Shown: in pieces, positions 39,862 to 52,300 of the stretch
How the letters are laid out: each line of letters starts with the position of its first letter
How positions within the stretch are numbered: the stretch's first letter is position 1
NCBI GenBank assembly: GCA_002269645.1
Contig: NIVC01002183.1
Span: 1 to 64,000, forward strand
DNA from: Macrostomum lignano
Taxonomy: Eukaryota
Reading direction: 5' to 3'
Length of the DNA: 64,000 nt
The notes under the pieces: model-generated
The model's database searches: none
What the model saw: the letters and a program-made list of their open reading frames with translations, nothing else
What the model was told of the DNA's origin: nothing
Position numbers and translations under genes: made by a program

Positions 39862-42800
39862 TTAAACGCAAAACTCTCTAGCAGCAAGCCAGGATCTGCT
39901 GTCCTCCAACAGTCGCTGCTGCTGAGCAGCCGCGGTCGCGGCACCATCCAGCCCCGAGCCGCCGCCGTCCGAGGAGGTCGACTGGCTGTCCGTTGAATAA
40001 CTCGACGCCGCCGATAAGCGAAGCCGACCGCGTCGACTTACCGACGCGGCGACGTCCAACGAGCGACTTCGACGCCGGTGCTGACGTCGGCTGATCCGGG
40101 CGGAGGCGGGCGACTCCTCAGCGGCGGTGGCTGCAGCCGTCCAATAGTGCCGCAGCTGCTGGTACTGATGAGGCGTTTCTGGAGGCTGCCTAGAGCTGTG
40201 GACCAGAGCCGGGGCTTGCGGCTGGTGCCATTGTTGAAGAGCGAATCGTTGGTTAAGCGGTGAGCAGGGGTACGACCGCTGGCAGGGTGACAGGCTGACG
40301 GCAACGTGTTGAGTTCCCGACTGATTGCGGGTGGCCTGATATTGGGGCGTGTATGAGAGTGACTAGATGTGATAGAGAGTGACTAGATATGATAGAGAGT
40401 GACTAGATGTGATAGAGAGTGACTAGATATGATAGAGAGTGACTAGATGTGATAGAGAGTGACTAGATGTGATAGAGAGTGACTAGATGTGATAGAGAGT
40501 GACTAGATATGATAGAGAGTGACTAGATGTGATAGAGAGTGACTAGATGTGATAGAGAGTGACTAGATGTGATAGAATGACTAAATGGGATAGAAAGTGA
40601 CTAGATATGGTATAGAGTCACTAGATATGTACGAATCAAAGATTAGACATAGTAGAGAGTGACTAGACATTGTAGAGAGTGCATTGTAACTAGATGTAGT
40701 AGAAAGGGACTAGATGTGGTAGAGAGAGAAAAGTGACACTTTAGAGTGAAATGTGACACTTTAGAGTGAAATGTGACACTTTAGAGTGAAATGTGACACT
40801 TTAGAGTGAAATGTGACACTCCAGAGAGAAATGTGACACTCCAGAGTGAAATGTGACACTTTCGAGTGAAATGTGACACTTTAGAGTGAAATGTGACACT
40901 TTAGAGTGAAGTGTGACACTTCAGAGTGAAATGTGACACTCCAGAGAGAAATGTGACACTCCAGAGTGAAATGTGACACTTTAGAGTGAAATGTGACACT
41001 CCAGAGTGAAATGTGACACTCCAGAGTGAAATGTGACACTTTCGAGTGAAATGTGACACTTTAGAGTGAAATGTGACACTTCAGAGTGAAATGTGACACT
41101 CCAGAGTGAAATGTGACACTCCAGAGTGAAATTTGACACTCCAGAGTGAAATGTGACACTTTAGAGTGAAATGTGACACTCCAGAGTGAAATGTGACACC
41201 CCAGAGTGAAATGTGACACTTTCGAGTGAAATGTGACACTTTAGAGTGAAATGTGACACTTCAGAGTGAAATGTGACACTCCAGAGTGAAATGTGACACT
41301 CCAGAGTGAAATTTGACACTCCAGAGTGAAATGTGACACTCCAGAGTGAAATGTGACACTTTAGAGTGAAATGTGACACTTTAGAGTGAAATGTGACACT
41401 TCAGAGTGAAATGTAACACTTTCGAGTAAAATGTGACACTTCAGAGTGAAATGTGACACTCCAGAGAGAAATGTGACACTTCAGAGTGAAATGTGACACT
41501 TTAGAGTGAAATGTGACACTTTAGAGTGAAATGTGACACTCCAGAGAGAAATGTGACACTCCAGAGAGAAATTTGACACTTTAGAGTGAAATGTGACACT
41601 TTCGAGTGAAATGTGACACTTTAGAGTGAAATGTGACACTTTAGAGTGAAGTGTGACACTTCAGAGTGAAATGTGACACTCCAGAGTGAAATGTGACACT
41701 CCAGAGTGAAATTTGACACTCCAGAGTGAAATGTGACACTCCAGAGTGAAATGTGACACTTTCGAGTGAAATGTGACACTCCAGAGTGAAATGTGACACT
41801 TCAGAGTGAAATGTGACACTCCAGAGTGAAATGTGACACTCCAGAGTGAAATGTGACACTCCAGAGTGAAATGTGACACTCCAGAGTGAAATGTGACACT
41901 TTAGAGTGAAATGTGACACTTTAGAGTGAAATGTGACACTTCAGAGTGAAATGTAACACTTTCGAGTAAAATGTGACACTCCAGAGAGAAATGTGACACT
42001 CCAGAGAGAAATGTGACACTTCAGAGTGAAATGTGACACTTTAGAGTGAAATGTGACACTTTAGAGTGAAATGTGACACTCCAGAGAGAAATGTGACACT
42101 CCAGAGAGAAATGTGACACTTTAGAGTGAAATGTGACACTTTAGAGTGAAATGTGACACTCCAGAGAGAAATGTGACACTCCAGAGTGAAATGTGACACT
42201 TTAGAGTGAAATGTGACACTTTAGAGTGAAATGTGACACTTCAGAGTGAAATGTAACACTTTCGAGTAAAATGTGACACTCCAGAGAGAAATGTGACACT
42301 CCAGAGTGAAATGTGACACTTTAGAGTGAAATGTGACACTTTAGAGTGAAATGTGACACTTTAGAGTGAAGTGTGACACTCCAGAGAGAAATGTGACACT
42401 CCAGAGAGAAATGTGACACTTCAGAGTGAAATGTGACACTTTAGAGTGAAATGTGACACTTTAGAGTGAAATGTGACACTCCAGAGAGAAATGTGACACT
42501 CCAGAGAGAAATTTGACACTTTAGAGTGAAATGTGACACTCCAGAGTGAAATGTGACACTCCAGAGAGAAATGTACACTTATATCAGCTATAAGAAATGC
42601 TCCATAGTGACCAGACAGTCTGAAAACTCACCACCATATCGTACACGGTGGTTGTCATGGCAACGGGTAGCTCAGCTGCCGCTTCAGTCGTGGACGAATT
42701 CGAATTCTTTTCAATGCAATGCCGTCGGCGCCGCTGTTGAATTTGGCGCCAGCAGACGGCGCCAGTCAGCGCCAGCGAGAGCGCCAGAACGCAGGCGCAG

Positions 42801-45800
42801 CCGCAGGCAAGAATCAGCTGGCGCCAGGCGGGCCTGACAAACTCGGCGAAGGTCTGGCGCAGATCGGCCGACCCGGACAGCGGGCACAGCGAAGCAGCCT
42901 CCGGACAGGCGTCCGTTATCAAGGGGCTGCGTTCAACCTCGCCGGAGGGCCGGCAGTGCCGACGCAGCTCCAGGCAGAAACCGGTGGAGCAGGTGGCCTC
43001 CAGCGGCGGCGGACGGCACCGACGGCCGAGGCGAAGGTGGACGGTGGCGGAGACGGCGCCTGTTGAACGGCGAAGCTCGGCTCTGCAGGTGTAGCGCCCG
43101 GCGAACAGGGGGCTCATGCTGGTCACCTGAAGGCGGCTGGCGTGATAAGCGGGCCTGAATGCCATGCCAGGTACGGGCGTGTCCAGCGGCTCCGCGGCTC
43201 TGATGGGTTGGGTAGATTTGGGGGGTTGTTGAGTACATTCAGGAGTTGTTGATTGAGTAGATTTTGGGGGGATTTAGTTGGATCCATTGGGGGTTGTTGA
43301 TTGGGTAGATTCGAGGGTTTTGGCTGGGTAGATTATGTTGCTGATTGCGTAGATTGGGTCGTTGGTTGGGTAGATCGGGAATTGTTCGTTGGGTAGATAG
43401 GGGATTGATTCGGTAGATCGGGGGTTGTTGGTTAGGTAGATTAGATTGTTGATTGGGTAGATCGGGGTTGATAGTTGGGTAGATCGGGAGTTGTTGATTG
43501 GGTAGATCGGGGGTTGTTGGTTAAGTAGATTAGATTGTTGATTGGATAGATCGGGGTTGATAGTTGGGTAGATCGGGAGTTGTTGTTGGGTAGATCGGGG
43601 GTTGTTGGTTAAGTAGATTAGATTGTTGATTGGGTAGATCGGGGTTGATAGTTGGGTAGATCGGGAGTTGTTGATTGGGTAGATCGGGGGTTTTTGGTTG
43701 GGTAGATCGGGAGTTTTTGATTGGGTAGATCGGGGGTTGTTGTTGGGTAGATCGGGGGTTTTTGGTTGGGTAGATCGGGAGTTGTTGTTTGGGTAGATCG
43801 GGGGTTTTTGGTTCGGTATATCGGGAGTTGTTGTTTGGGTAGATCGGGGGTTTTTGGTTGGGTAGATCGGGGGTTGTTGTTTGGGTAGATCGGGGGTTTT
43901 TGGTTGGGTAGATCGGGAGTTGTTGTTTGGGTAGATCGGGGGTTTTTGGTTGGGTAGATCGGGAGTTGTTGTTTGGGTAGATCGGGGGTTTTTGGTTGGG
44001 TAGATCGGGAGTTGTTGTTTGGGTAGATCGGGGGTTTTTGGTTCGGTATATCGGGAGTTGTTGTTTGGGTAGATCGGGGGTTTTTGGTTGGGTAGATCGG
44101 GGGTTGTTGTTTGGGTAGATCGGGGGTTTTTGGTTGGGTAGATCGGGAGTTGTTGTTTGGGTAGTTTGGGGGTTTTTGGTTGGGTAGATCGGGGGTTTTT
44201 GGTTGGGTAGATCGGGGGTTGTTGTTGGGTAGATCGGGAGTTGTTGTTTGGATAGATCGGGGGTTTTTGGTTGGGTAGATCGGGAGTTGTTGTTTGGGTA
44301 GATCGGGGGTTTTTGGTTGGGTAGATCGGGAGTTGTTGTTTGGGTAGATCGGGGGTTTTTGGTTGGGTAGATCGGGAGTTGTTGTTTGGGTAGATCGGGG
44401 GTTTTTGGTTCGGTATATCGGGAGTTGTTGTTTGGGTAGATCGGGGGTTTTTGGTTGGGTAGATCGGGAGTTGTTGTTTGGGTAGATCGGGGGTTTTTGG
44501 TTGGGTAGATCGGGAGTTGTTGTTTGGGTAGATCGGGGGTTTTTGGTTGGGTAGATCGGGGGTTGTTGTTTGGGTAGATCGGGGGTTTTTGGTTCGGTAT
44601 ATCGGGAGTTGTTGTTTGGGTAGATCGGGGTTTTTGGTTGGGTAGATCGGGAGTTGTTGTTTGGGTAGATCGGGGGTTTTTGGTTGGGTAGATCGGGAGT
44701 TGTTGTTTGGGTAGATCGGGGTTTTTGGTTGGGTAGATCGGGGGTTGTTGTTTGGGTAGATCGGGGGTTTTTGGTTGGGTAGATCGGGAGTTGTTGTTTG
44801 GGTAGATCGGGGGTTTTTGGTTGGGTAGATCGGGGGTTTTTGGTTGGGTAGATCGGGGGTTGTTGTTGGGTAGATCGGGAGTTGTTGTTTGGATAGATCG
44901 GGGGTTTTTGGTTGGGTAGATCGGGAGTTGTTGTTTTGGTAGATCGGGGGTTTTTGGTTGGGTAGGTTGTGTTTTTAGTTTTACTAGAACGATAAGGCTG
45001 CTCTTTTTGTTAGCTCGAGTCTGAAGGCTTTTTTGAGAATACAATTGAAAGATTTGTTGATCATATTCCACAAGGTCGCTGTGTCCCGGCAATTTTTTCA
45101 GTGGATGCGAATGAATGAAATCTAAAGAACAAAGTTCAAATGCTTCCAAGCCATATTCGTGGATATGATGGTACTGGCAAAGTAGATTATTGAACAGGCC
45201 AACTACTTTATTGCTCTGGCATTGTAAAAATTCTGCAAATAGGAAGGGACTTAGAAAAGATCCCAAAATTTATCGAATCCGCATGCACGCAGCTCTGGCA
45301 GAAGGGGTCAGAGATCACCCGAAGTCCACCCCGCAGCCAGAAACCCGAAAGAGTATACAGGTAAATATTTCTTCTTTCATTTTTCGCAACGCGCGAACCG
45401 GTCTGGAAAAATGCTGCTTTTGAAAAGAAACCGCCGCTGTTAGAAGAGGGAGGAGAATCGGGATGGAAAACTCGCGCCCGAACCAAACACGAATCTGGGC
45501 CATGAATAAGAAAACACAGCGGCTCTTCTGCAGCAGCGTTTCTCGCATTTCCTGGAAGCAAGACTGAAGGAGGGGGCTGACAATGCGCGGCTCGTTGACG
45601 GCACCACGGCCTGGCGGATGTGACGAATGACACGCGCGGCACAACACTGGCTGTTCCTTGTCTACCAAGTCAGAGGCGCGAGTCTGTATCTAGTCGAACT
45701 GAAGGTAAAGCTTACAGACTTGCTAGATTGATATTGCATGCGATTTTCGAGTCATTTACTATGAATGGATGTTTGTGGGTACCTCTGTATTGCTGTAGGA

Positions 45801-46951
45801 ATCGGTGATTTTAGGGGGTGCAGGGAGTGAGGTGGCTGCAGTAGGGGGTTGAGCGTTTAGGAGGGGCCGGGAGTGAGGTGGCTGCAGTAGGGGTTGAGGG
45901 GTAAGGAGCTGCAGGGAATGAGATGCCTGCGGCAGGGGGTTGAGGGTTAAGGAGGGGCAGGGAGTGAGGTGGCGGCGGTAGTGCGGTAGGGGGTCCAGGG
46001 GTTAGGAAGGGCAGGAGGTGAGGTAGCTGAGATAGGGGTTCAGGGGTTAGGAGGGGGTAGGAGTTGAGGTGGCTGAGATAGGGGTTCAGGGGTTAGGGGG
46101 TAGGAGTTGAGGTGGCTGAGATAGGGGTTCAGGGGTTAGGGGGTAGGAGGTGAGGTGGCTGAGATAGGGGTTCAGGGGTTAGGGGGCAGGAGGTGAGGTG
46201 GCTGAGATAGGGGTTCAGGGGTTAGGGGGTAGGAGGTGAGGTGGCTGAGATAGGGGTTCAGGGGTTAGGGGGTAGGAGGTGAGGTGGCTGAGATAGGGGT
46301 TCAGGGGTTAGGGGGTAGGAGGTGAGGTGGCTGAGATAGGGGTTCAGGGGTTAGGGGGTAGGAGTTGAGGTGGCTGAGATAGGGGTTCAGGGGTAAGGAG
46401 GGTTTGGAAGGTCAGGGAAAGAATCAGTGTGATTGAGTTAAAATTTCAGAAAATAGTACTACAGCTCCTCAGTCTCACCCTCGAAACGTCCAGGTGAGAG
46501 AGTCCAGATCCACCAAGCTGATGTTGGTCACAATGCACATGAGCTGCACTGCCGCGCCAGCTCTGCTGTACAGGACTCCGCTCGGCTGCAGTTCGAGTAG
46601 AGGCTGATGAGCTTGCTGCAGCATTCTGCTTTCAACTGTTCCAGTAAGTCTGCTGCTTGTTTTGGATGCTGTATCATCTGCATTGGGCAGTAGTTATAGC
46701 TGCCTTCCCTGTTTAGGCTACCTTATCACAGGGGGAGACGCGGGTTCAGTTTCCATGCCGGACCAATCCGAGTGTCGCTGAGTGGTGGCATTGGGAAAGA
46801 TGAATTCAAAAAAAAACTCGTCGCTGCTAAACTTTTTTTTGGATTCGAACGCAATAAAAACACGGCCAGCAGCACGGCTTGCAAGTGTTAATATTCTGTC
46901 TATTAAAATGCAGCCCAGCCACAGATAGGCGAGAGGTGTGAAGATAATAAT
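39862..46951 (-). CDS. Single-pass membrane protein with one Ig domain and a degenerate LDLa-like module; exons (46951-46722 tentative), about 46649-46479, 43199-42632, 40335-39862
   Basis: Ig hallmarks split across a phase-2 intron (VQLMCIV...LTWTFRG | ...SRLQVTSMSPLFAGRYTCRA); six-Cys module C-x8-C-x4-C-x6-C; TM LILACGCACVLALSLALTGAVCW followed by RQIQQRRRR; open phase-0 last exon ending EFCV-stop. Confidence 0.7.
40365..42580. repeat. Two adjacent 20-bp minisatellites in an Ig-gene intron (GATAGAGAGTGACTAGATGT; GTGACACTCCAGAGTGAAAT)
   Basis: 40365-40620 and 40730-42580. Confidence 0.95.
43230..44970. repeat. 23-bp minisatellite forming a 46-bp dimer (GGGTAGATCGGG core)
   Basis: Alternating GGGTAGATCGGGGGTTTTTGGTT and GGGTAGATCGGGAGTTGTTGTTT. 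Confidence 0.95.
45815..46400. repeat. G-rich about 43-bp minisatellite related to the 47510 array
   Basis: GAGGTGAGGTGGCTGAGATAGGGGTTCAGGGGTTAGGGGGTAG. Confidence 0.9.
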
Positions 46952-47509
46952 CTGTCAATCACGGCGCCCGTGCCTGCCCAACTGCAGCCGAGGGATTTGG
47001 GATGAATCCTACAGTGGGGGGGGGGGGCTGCAGAGCCGCACTGGACATTGAGGGATTCCACTCAGACAAACAGAGATCCCAGAATAATTTGCAAGGATTT
47101 TGTAGAGTACAAAGTTGGATAAAGGTTTTCATCTAAGCTGCCCAGATGATGAGGAACAGAAACGATAAGAAAAAATATTTAACATTTGTGAATTCCCAGT
47201 TGTCTTTTCACGCATTTTTATTGATTTTTGATTTCAAGACTGATTTAATTAGTCCGAACACGCAGTGATTCAACATTAACATTACCGATACGAAATACGA
47301 GAAAAAATCAATCGAGCTGCGCATGGCTTGAGTAGAAAGCAATATTTGAGCTTAGAAAAAGACAATAAATAGAATGTTTGCATATTTTATTAAATATAGC
47401 GGGTACTAACTATGCCTTGCAATTAGGCATGAACAAAATCATCCGAGTATATTATGATGCCGTCTTTGTTTCATTGCAATATCGATTTTTTAGGTAAATT
47501 CAGAGATCT

Positions 47510-49270
47510 AGGAGTGAGATAGCTGCAGTAAATGGTTACGGGGTTAGGAGGAACAGGGAGTGAGGTGGCTGCAGTAAGGGGTTACGGGGTTAGGAGGGAC
47601 AGGGAGTGAGGTGGCTGCAGTAAGGGGTTACGGGGTTAGGAGGGACAGGGAGTGAGGTGGCTGCAGTAAGGGGTTACGAGGTTAGGAGGGACAGGGAGTG
47701 AGGTGGCTGCAGTAAGGGGTTACGGGGTTAGGAGGGGCAGGGAGTGAGGTGGCTGCAGTAAGGGGTTACGGGGTTAGGAGGGACAGGGAGTGAGGTGGCT
47801 GCAGTAAGGGGTTACGGGGTTAGGAGGGACAGGGAGTGAGGTGGCTGCAGTAAGGGGTTACGGGGTTAGGAGGGACAGGGAGTGAGGTGGCTGCAGTAAG
47901 GGGTTACGGGGTTAGGAGGGACAGGGAGTGAGGTGGCTGCAGTAAGGGGTTACGGGGTTAGGAGGGACAGGGAGTGAGGTGGCTGCAGTAAGGGGTTACG
48001 GGGTTAGGAGGGACAGGGAGTGAGATGGCTGCAGTAGGGGTTTGAGGGTTTAGGAGGAACAGGGAGTGAGGTGGCTGCAGTAAGGGGTTACGGGGTTAGG
48101 AGGGACAGGGAGTGAGGTGGCTGCAGTAAGGGGTTACGGGGTTAGGAGGGGCAGGGAGTGAGGTGGCTGCAGTAAGGGGTTACGGGGTTAGGAGGGGCAG
48201 GGAGTGAGGTGGCTGCAGTAAGGGGTTACGGGGTTAGGAGGGACAGGGAGTGAGGTGGCTGCAGTAAGGGGTTACGGGTTAGGAGGGACAGGGAGTGAGG
48301 TGGCTGCAGTAAGGGGTTACGGGGTTAGGAGGGACAGGGAGTGAGGTGGCTGCAGTAAGGGGTTACGGGGTTAGGAGGGACAGGGAGTGAGGTGGCTGCA
48401 GTAAGGGTTACGGGGTTAGGAGGGACAGGGAGTGAGGTGGCTGCAGTAAGGGGTTACGGGGTTAGGAGGGACAGGGAGTGAGATGGCTGCAGTAGGGGTT
48501 TGAGGGTTTAGGAGGAACAGGGAGTGAGGTGGCTGCAGTAAGGGGTTACGGGGTTAGGAGGGACAGGGAGTGAGGTGGCTGCAGTAAGGGGTTACGGGGT
48601 TAGGAGGGACAGGGAGTGAGGTGGCTGCAGTAAGGGGTTACGGGGTTAGGAGGGACAGGGAGTGAGGTGGCTGCAGTAAGGGGTTACGGGTTAGGAGGGA
48701 CAGGGAGTGAGGTGGCTGCAGTAAGGGGTTACGGGGTTAGGAGGGACAGGGAGTGAGATGGCTGCAGTAGGGGTTTGAGGGTTTAGGAGGAACAGGGAGT
48801 GAGGTGGCTGCAGTAAGGGGTTACGGGGTTAGGAGGGCAGGGAGTGAGGTGGCTGCAGTAAGGGGTTACGGGGTTAGGAGGGGCAGGGAGTGAGGTGGCT
48901 GCAGTAAGGGTTACGGGGTTAGGAGGGACAGGGAGTGAGGTGGCTGCAGTAAGGGGTTACGGGGTTAGGAGGGACAGGGAGTGAGGTGGCTGCAGTAAGG
49001 GGTTACGGGGTTAGGAGGGACAGGGAGTGAGGTGGCTGCAGTAAGGGGTTACGGGGTTAGGAGGGACAGGGAGTGAGGTGGCTGCAGTAAGGGGTTACGG
49101 GGTTAGGAGGGACAGGGAGTGAGGTGGCTGCAGTAAGGGGTTACGGGGTTAGGAGGGACAGGGAGTGAGGTGGCTGCAGTAAGGGTTACGGGGTTAGGAG
49201 GGGCAGGGAGTGAGGTGGCTGCAGTAAGGGGTCGAGGGGTTAGGAGAAGCAGGGAGTGAGGTGGCTGCAG
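47510..49270. repeat. G-rich 46-bp minisatellite
   Basis: Unit GGGAGTGAGGTGGCTGCAGTAAGGGGTTACGGGGTTAGGAGGGACA. Confidence 0.96.
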
Positions 49271-49351
49271 GATTAGTGAGGGGTGGCAACAAAGTTGGGG
49301 TTAGACACTCTTATCAGTCTCCAAACAATAATAATGGTTTTCATTTCCGAT

Positions 49352-52300
49352 TCAATTCTGCAAACTGCGCGCAGCCCCCAAGTCCTGGCCCTGGATGAGC
49401 CGCACCAGCTCCCAGTGGGAAAAGTTGGTCAGCAGTTCTGGCCGCGGCAGGACGGCCGTCAGTCCGGCGGCGAAGTGTCTTGCCGTAGCAAGCAGCAGCT
49501 GGCGAACCCGACGGCCGCAGGCGAGGCGCAGGAACTCAGCCAAAGTGTCCGGTGTCACCGCCTCTGTGTCGCCGTCTGGCCGGAGTGGCGGCCCACAGCC
49601 GGACGGGTCGGCGAAGGTTGTCGCCGAACTGCTCAGAAGTTCGGGCAGTCCGCCCTCCTCACTGGCCGAGCTGAGAGCGGACAGGCGGCTGGAGGTGGAC
49701 GGAAAGTTGCATTCTTTGCTTCACTTTTTTGAGTGTCAGGATTTTGAGATGAATTTCAGGTAAGGAGCGACCATTTTAGTTGTCAGGGGCGACTGTTTTA
49801 GGGTGTCAGGGGCGACAATTCTGAGGTGTCAAGGGCGACCATTCTGAGGTGTCAAGGGTGACCATTTCGGGGTGTCAGGGGCGACAATTCTAAGGTGTCA
49901 GGGGCGACAATTCTGAGGTGTCAGGGGCGACAATTCTGAGGTAATTCTGAGTGAGATTCAGCATCTGACGAAGTGATTGCAACTGCTGCTGGCAGCCGGA
50001 TATACACTCGTCTGGACCTAGAGAAAGCTTATCACCAGATCCCACTAGATGAAGCTTCCAAAGAGCTGACAGTAATGTCAACACCATTTGGGATGTTCGC
50101 TTTCAACAAGCTTCCGTTCGGAGTGAAAACAGCACCTGCGATCTTCCAGCGGTACATTAGCCAAGTCCTACAAGGAATTCCTGGCGTCATTGCCTACGTA
50201 GACGACATATTGATATGCGGCAAAGGCGTAGAACAATTGGCAGTTCGTGAGACGGAAGTATTGCATCGACTAAACCAGCAAGGATTGAAGATCAACACGG
50301 CGAAAAGTGAATTCCGCAAGACTTCGATCAAGTTTCTAGGCTACTTTTTGGAAGGAGATCAGCTCAAGCCGGACCCAGCCAAAGTGAAGGCAATCCAGGA
50401 CATGACACCACCGCAGAACGTTGGCGAGCTTGAATCCTTCCTGGGTCTCGTAAATTTTAGCGGCAAGTTCATCAGAAACCTAGCTGCACTGACCAAGCCT
50501 CTCAATCGACTAAGAAAGAAAAATGAGGACTTCGTGTGGACAAAGGACTGTCAAATAGCATTTGACGAAATCAAGGTCACTCTCTCTGATCAATCGAGTC
50601 TTCAAATATTTGATCCGGAGAAGCCCATTGAACTGGAATGCGACAGTTCTCAGCGAGCTCTGGGCGGAGTGTTGACACAAAGCGGTCAAGTCGTGCTGTA
50701 CATGAGCAAGACTCTGTCTGACGCCGAAACAAAATATTCGCAAATAGAGCGTGAAGGCCTGGCACTGGTTTGGTGCATTCAAAGATGCCATCGGTTCTTG
50801 TATGGCCGGAGGTTCACACTGATAACTGATCACCAGCCCCTCACATACATATTCGCGCCAGACAAACAGCTGCCCACCAGAGTTTCAGCTCGACTACAAC
50901 GATGGGCAATCATACTAGCTGCTTATGACTATGACATACAGTATCGACCATCAAAGCTAATGCTGTCGGATGCGCTATCTCGACTGGTGCCCGCTAAGCC
51001 GAATGCACAGACAGCATCGATCGGACTCCTCGAAGCTGACAACCCGGGAGTAATTCAGCTGGATCGCATTGCACACGCAACCAGAGAGGACCCGGAGTTC
51101 AGATGCCTGGGCGCAGCCATAATTAACAATAATCTATTTGACGACCCACACCTACTCAGCTACTCAAAGGTTCAAGATGAGCTAACTGTCAATGATGGAA
51201 TTATTTACAGAATGAACAGAATTGTATTGCCTCGTGTCCTGAGAGAAACTGCCCTGGCAGCTGTACACTCAACGCACCTTGGGGTGGAAAAGTCAAAGTC
51301 GATTTTGAGGGAACAGTTCTGGTGGCCACAGATGGACCGTGACATCGCTGACTACATTGGACGATGCAACGTGTGCAACGCGTACAAGTCCAGAAATAAG
51401 AACTTTCGGCACTCGTGGCCAGAACCTGACAACCCCTGGGAGCGAGTGCACATTGATTTTGCCGGTCCAATAGAGGGCAAGTACCTACTCATCATTGTGG
51501 ATGCGCACTCGAGCTACCCGGAAGTCTTCATCACGAGCGACATGAAGGCCGACACAGTCATTTCCAGACTTAGAAGATTGTTCCCACAACAGGGGGTGCC
51601 CAAGTGTCTCGTGTCAGACAACGGCCCTAGTTTTGTGAGCGAAGCGGTGACCGGCTGGCTCACCCAGATTGGCTGTTCGCACATCACAACGCCCGCCTAC
51701 CATCCACAGAGCAACGGCATTGCAGAGCGAATGGTGCAAACCGTCAATGAGACAATCAAGACCAATGGTTTATCCCAAAGAAGTATTGACAGATTTCTAC
51801 TGTTCTACAGAGCTGCCAAAGGGAAGCAGCAAGCATCACCGTCCGAGTTGTTGAACGGCAGACAAATAAGACTCCCCATCTCGGAGAGCAGCACTCAGTC
51901 CAAGTGGATCCCAGGAGAATCACTCATCTACCGTGCATCGAGTTCTCATGAGCCACGAACTGTGAGATTCGCCAAAATGCTTGGCAGCAACACAGCAGTC
52001 GTCACCACAGAGACTGGACGAAATCTAAAGACCCACCTCGATCAACTACGAATCGGTGAGGTACCTGAGGCTCACGGAACTACGGAAATGGGGAATTCCA
52101 AGCCCGGTGGCAACGGTCCAAGTGACGACGGCCAACAGACGCGTCCGTCATCGACAGACACTGAGATACTACCGGGAACAGAACAAGCTGAGAGAGCACA
52201 ACAGCAACAGACTGAGGCCGGAGTTCAATCCAAGCCGTCACCCAGGCGAACGCTTGGCCAAGAAAACTAGAATTTTTTATCGCACCTGAGTGATAATTGT

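Noticed and set aside
49290-49354. Selenocysteine read-through of the HECT-gene TGA
   Set aside because: No SECIS recognised, the position is not catalytic, and another stop follows shortly.
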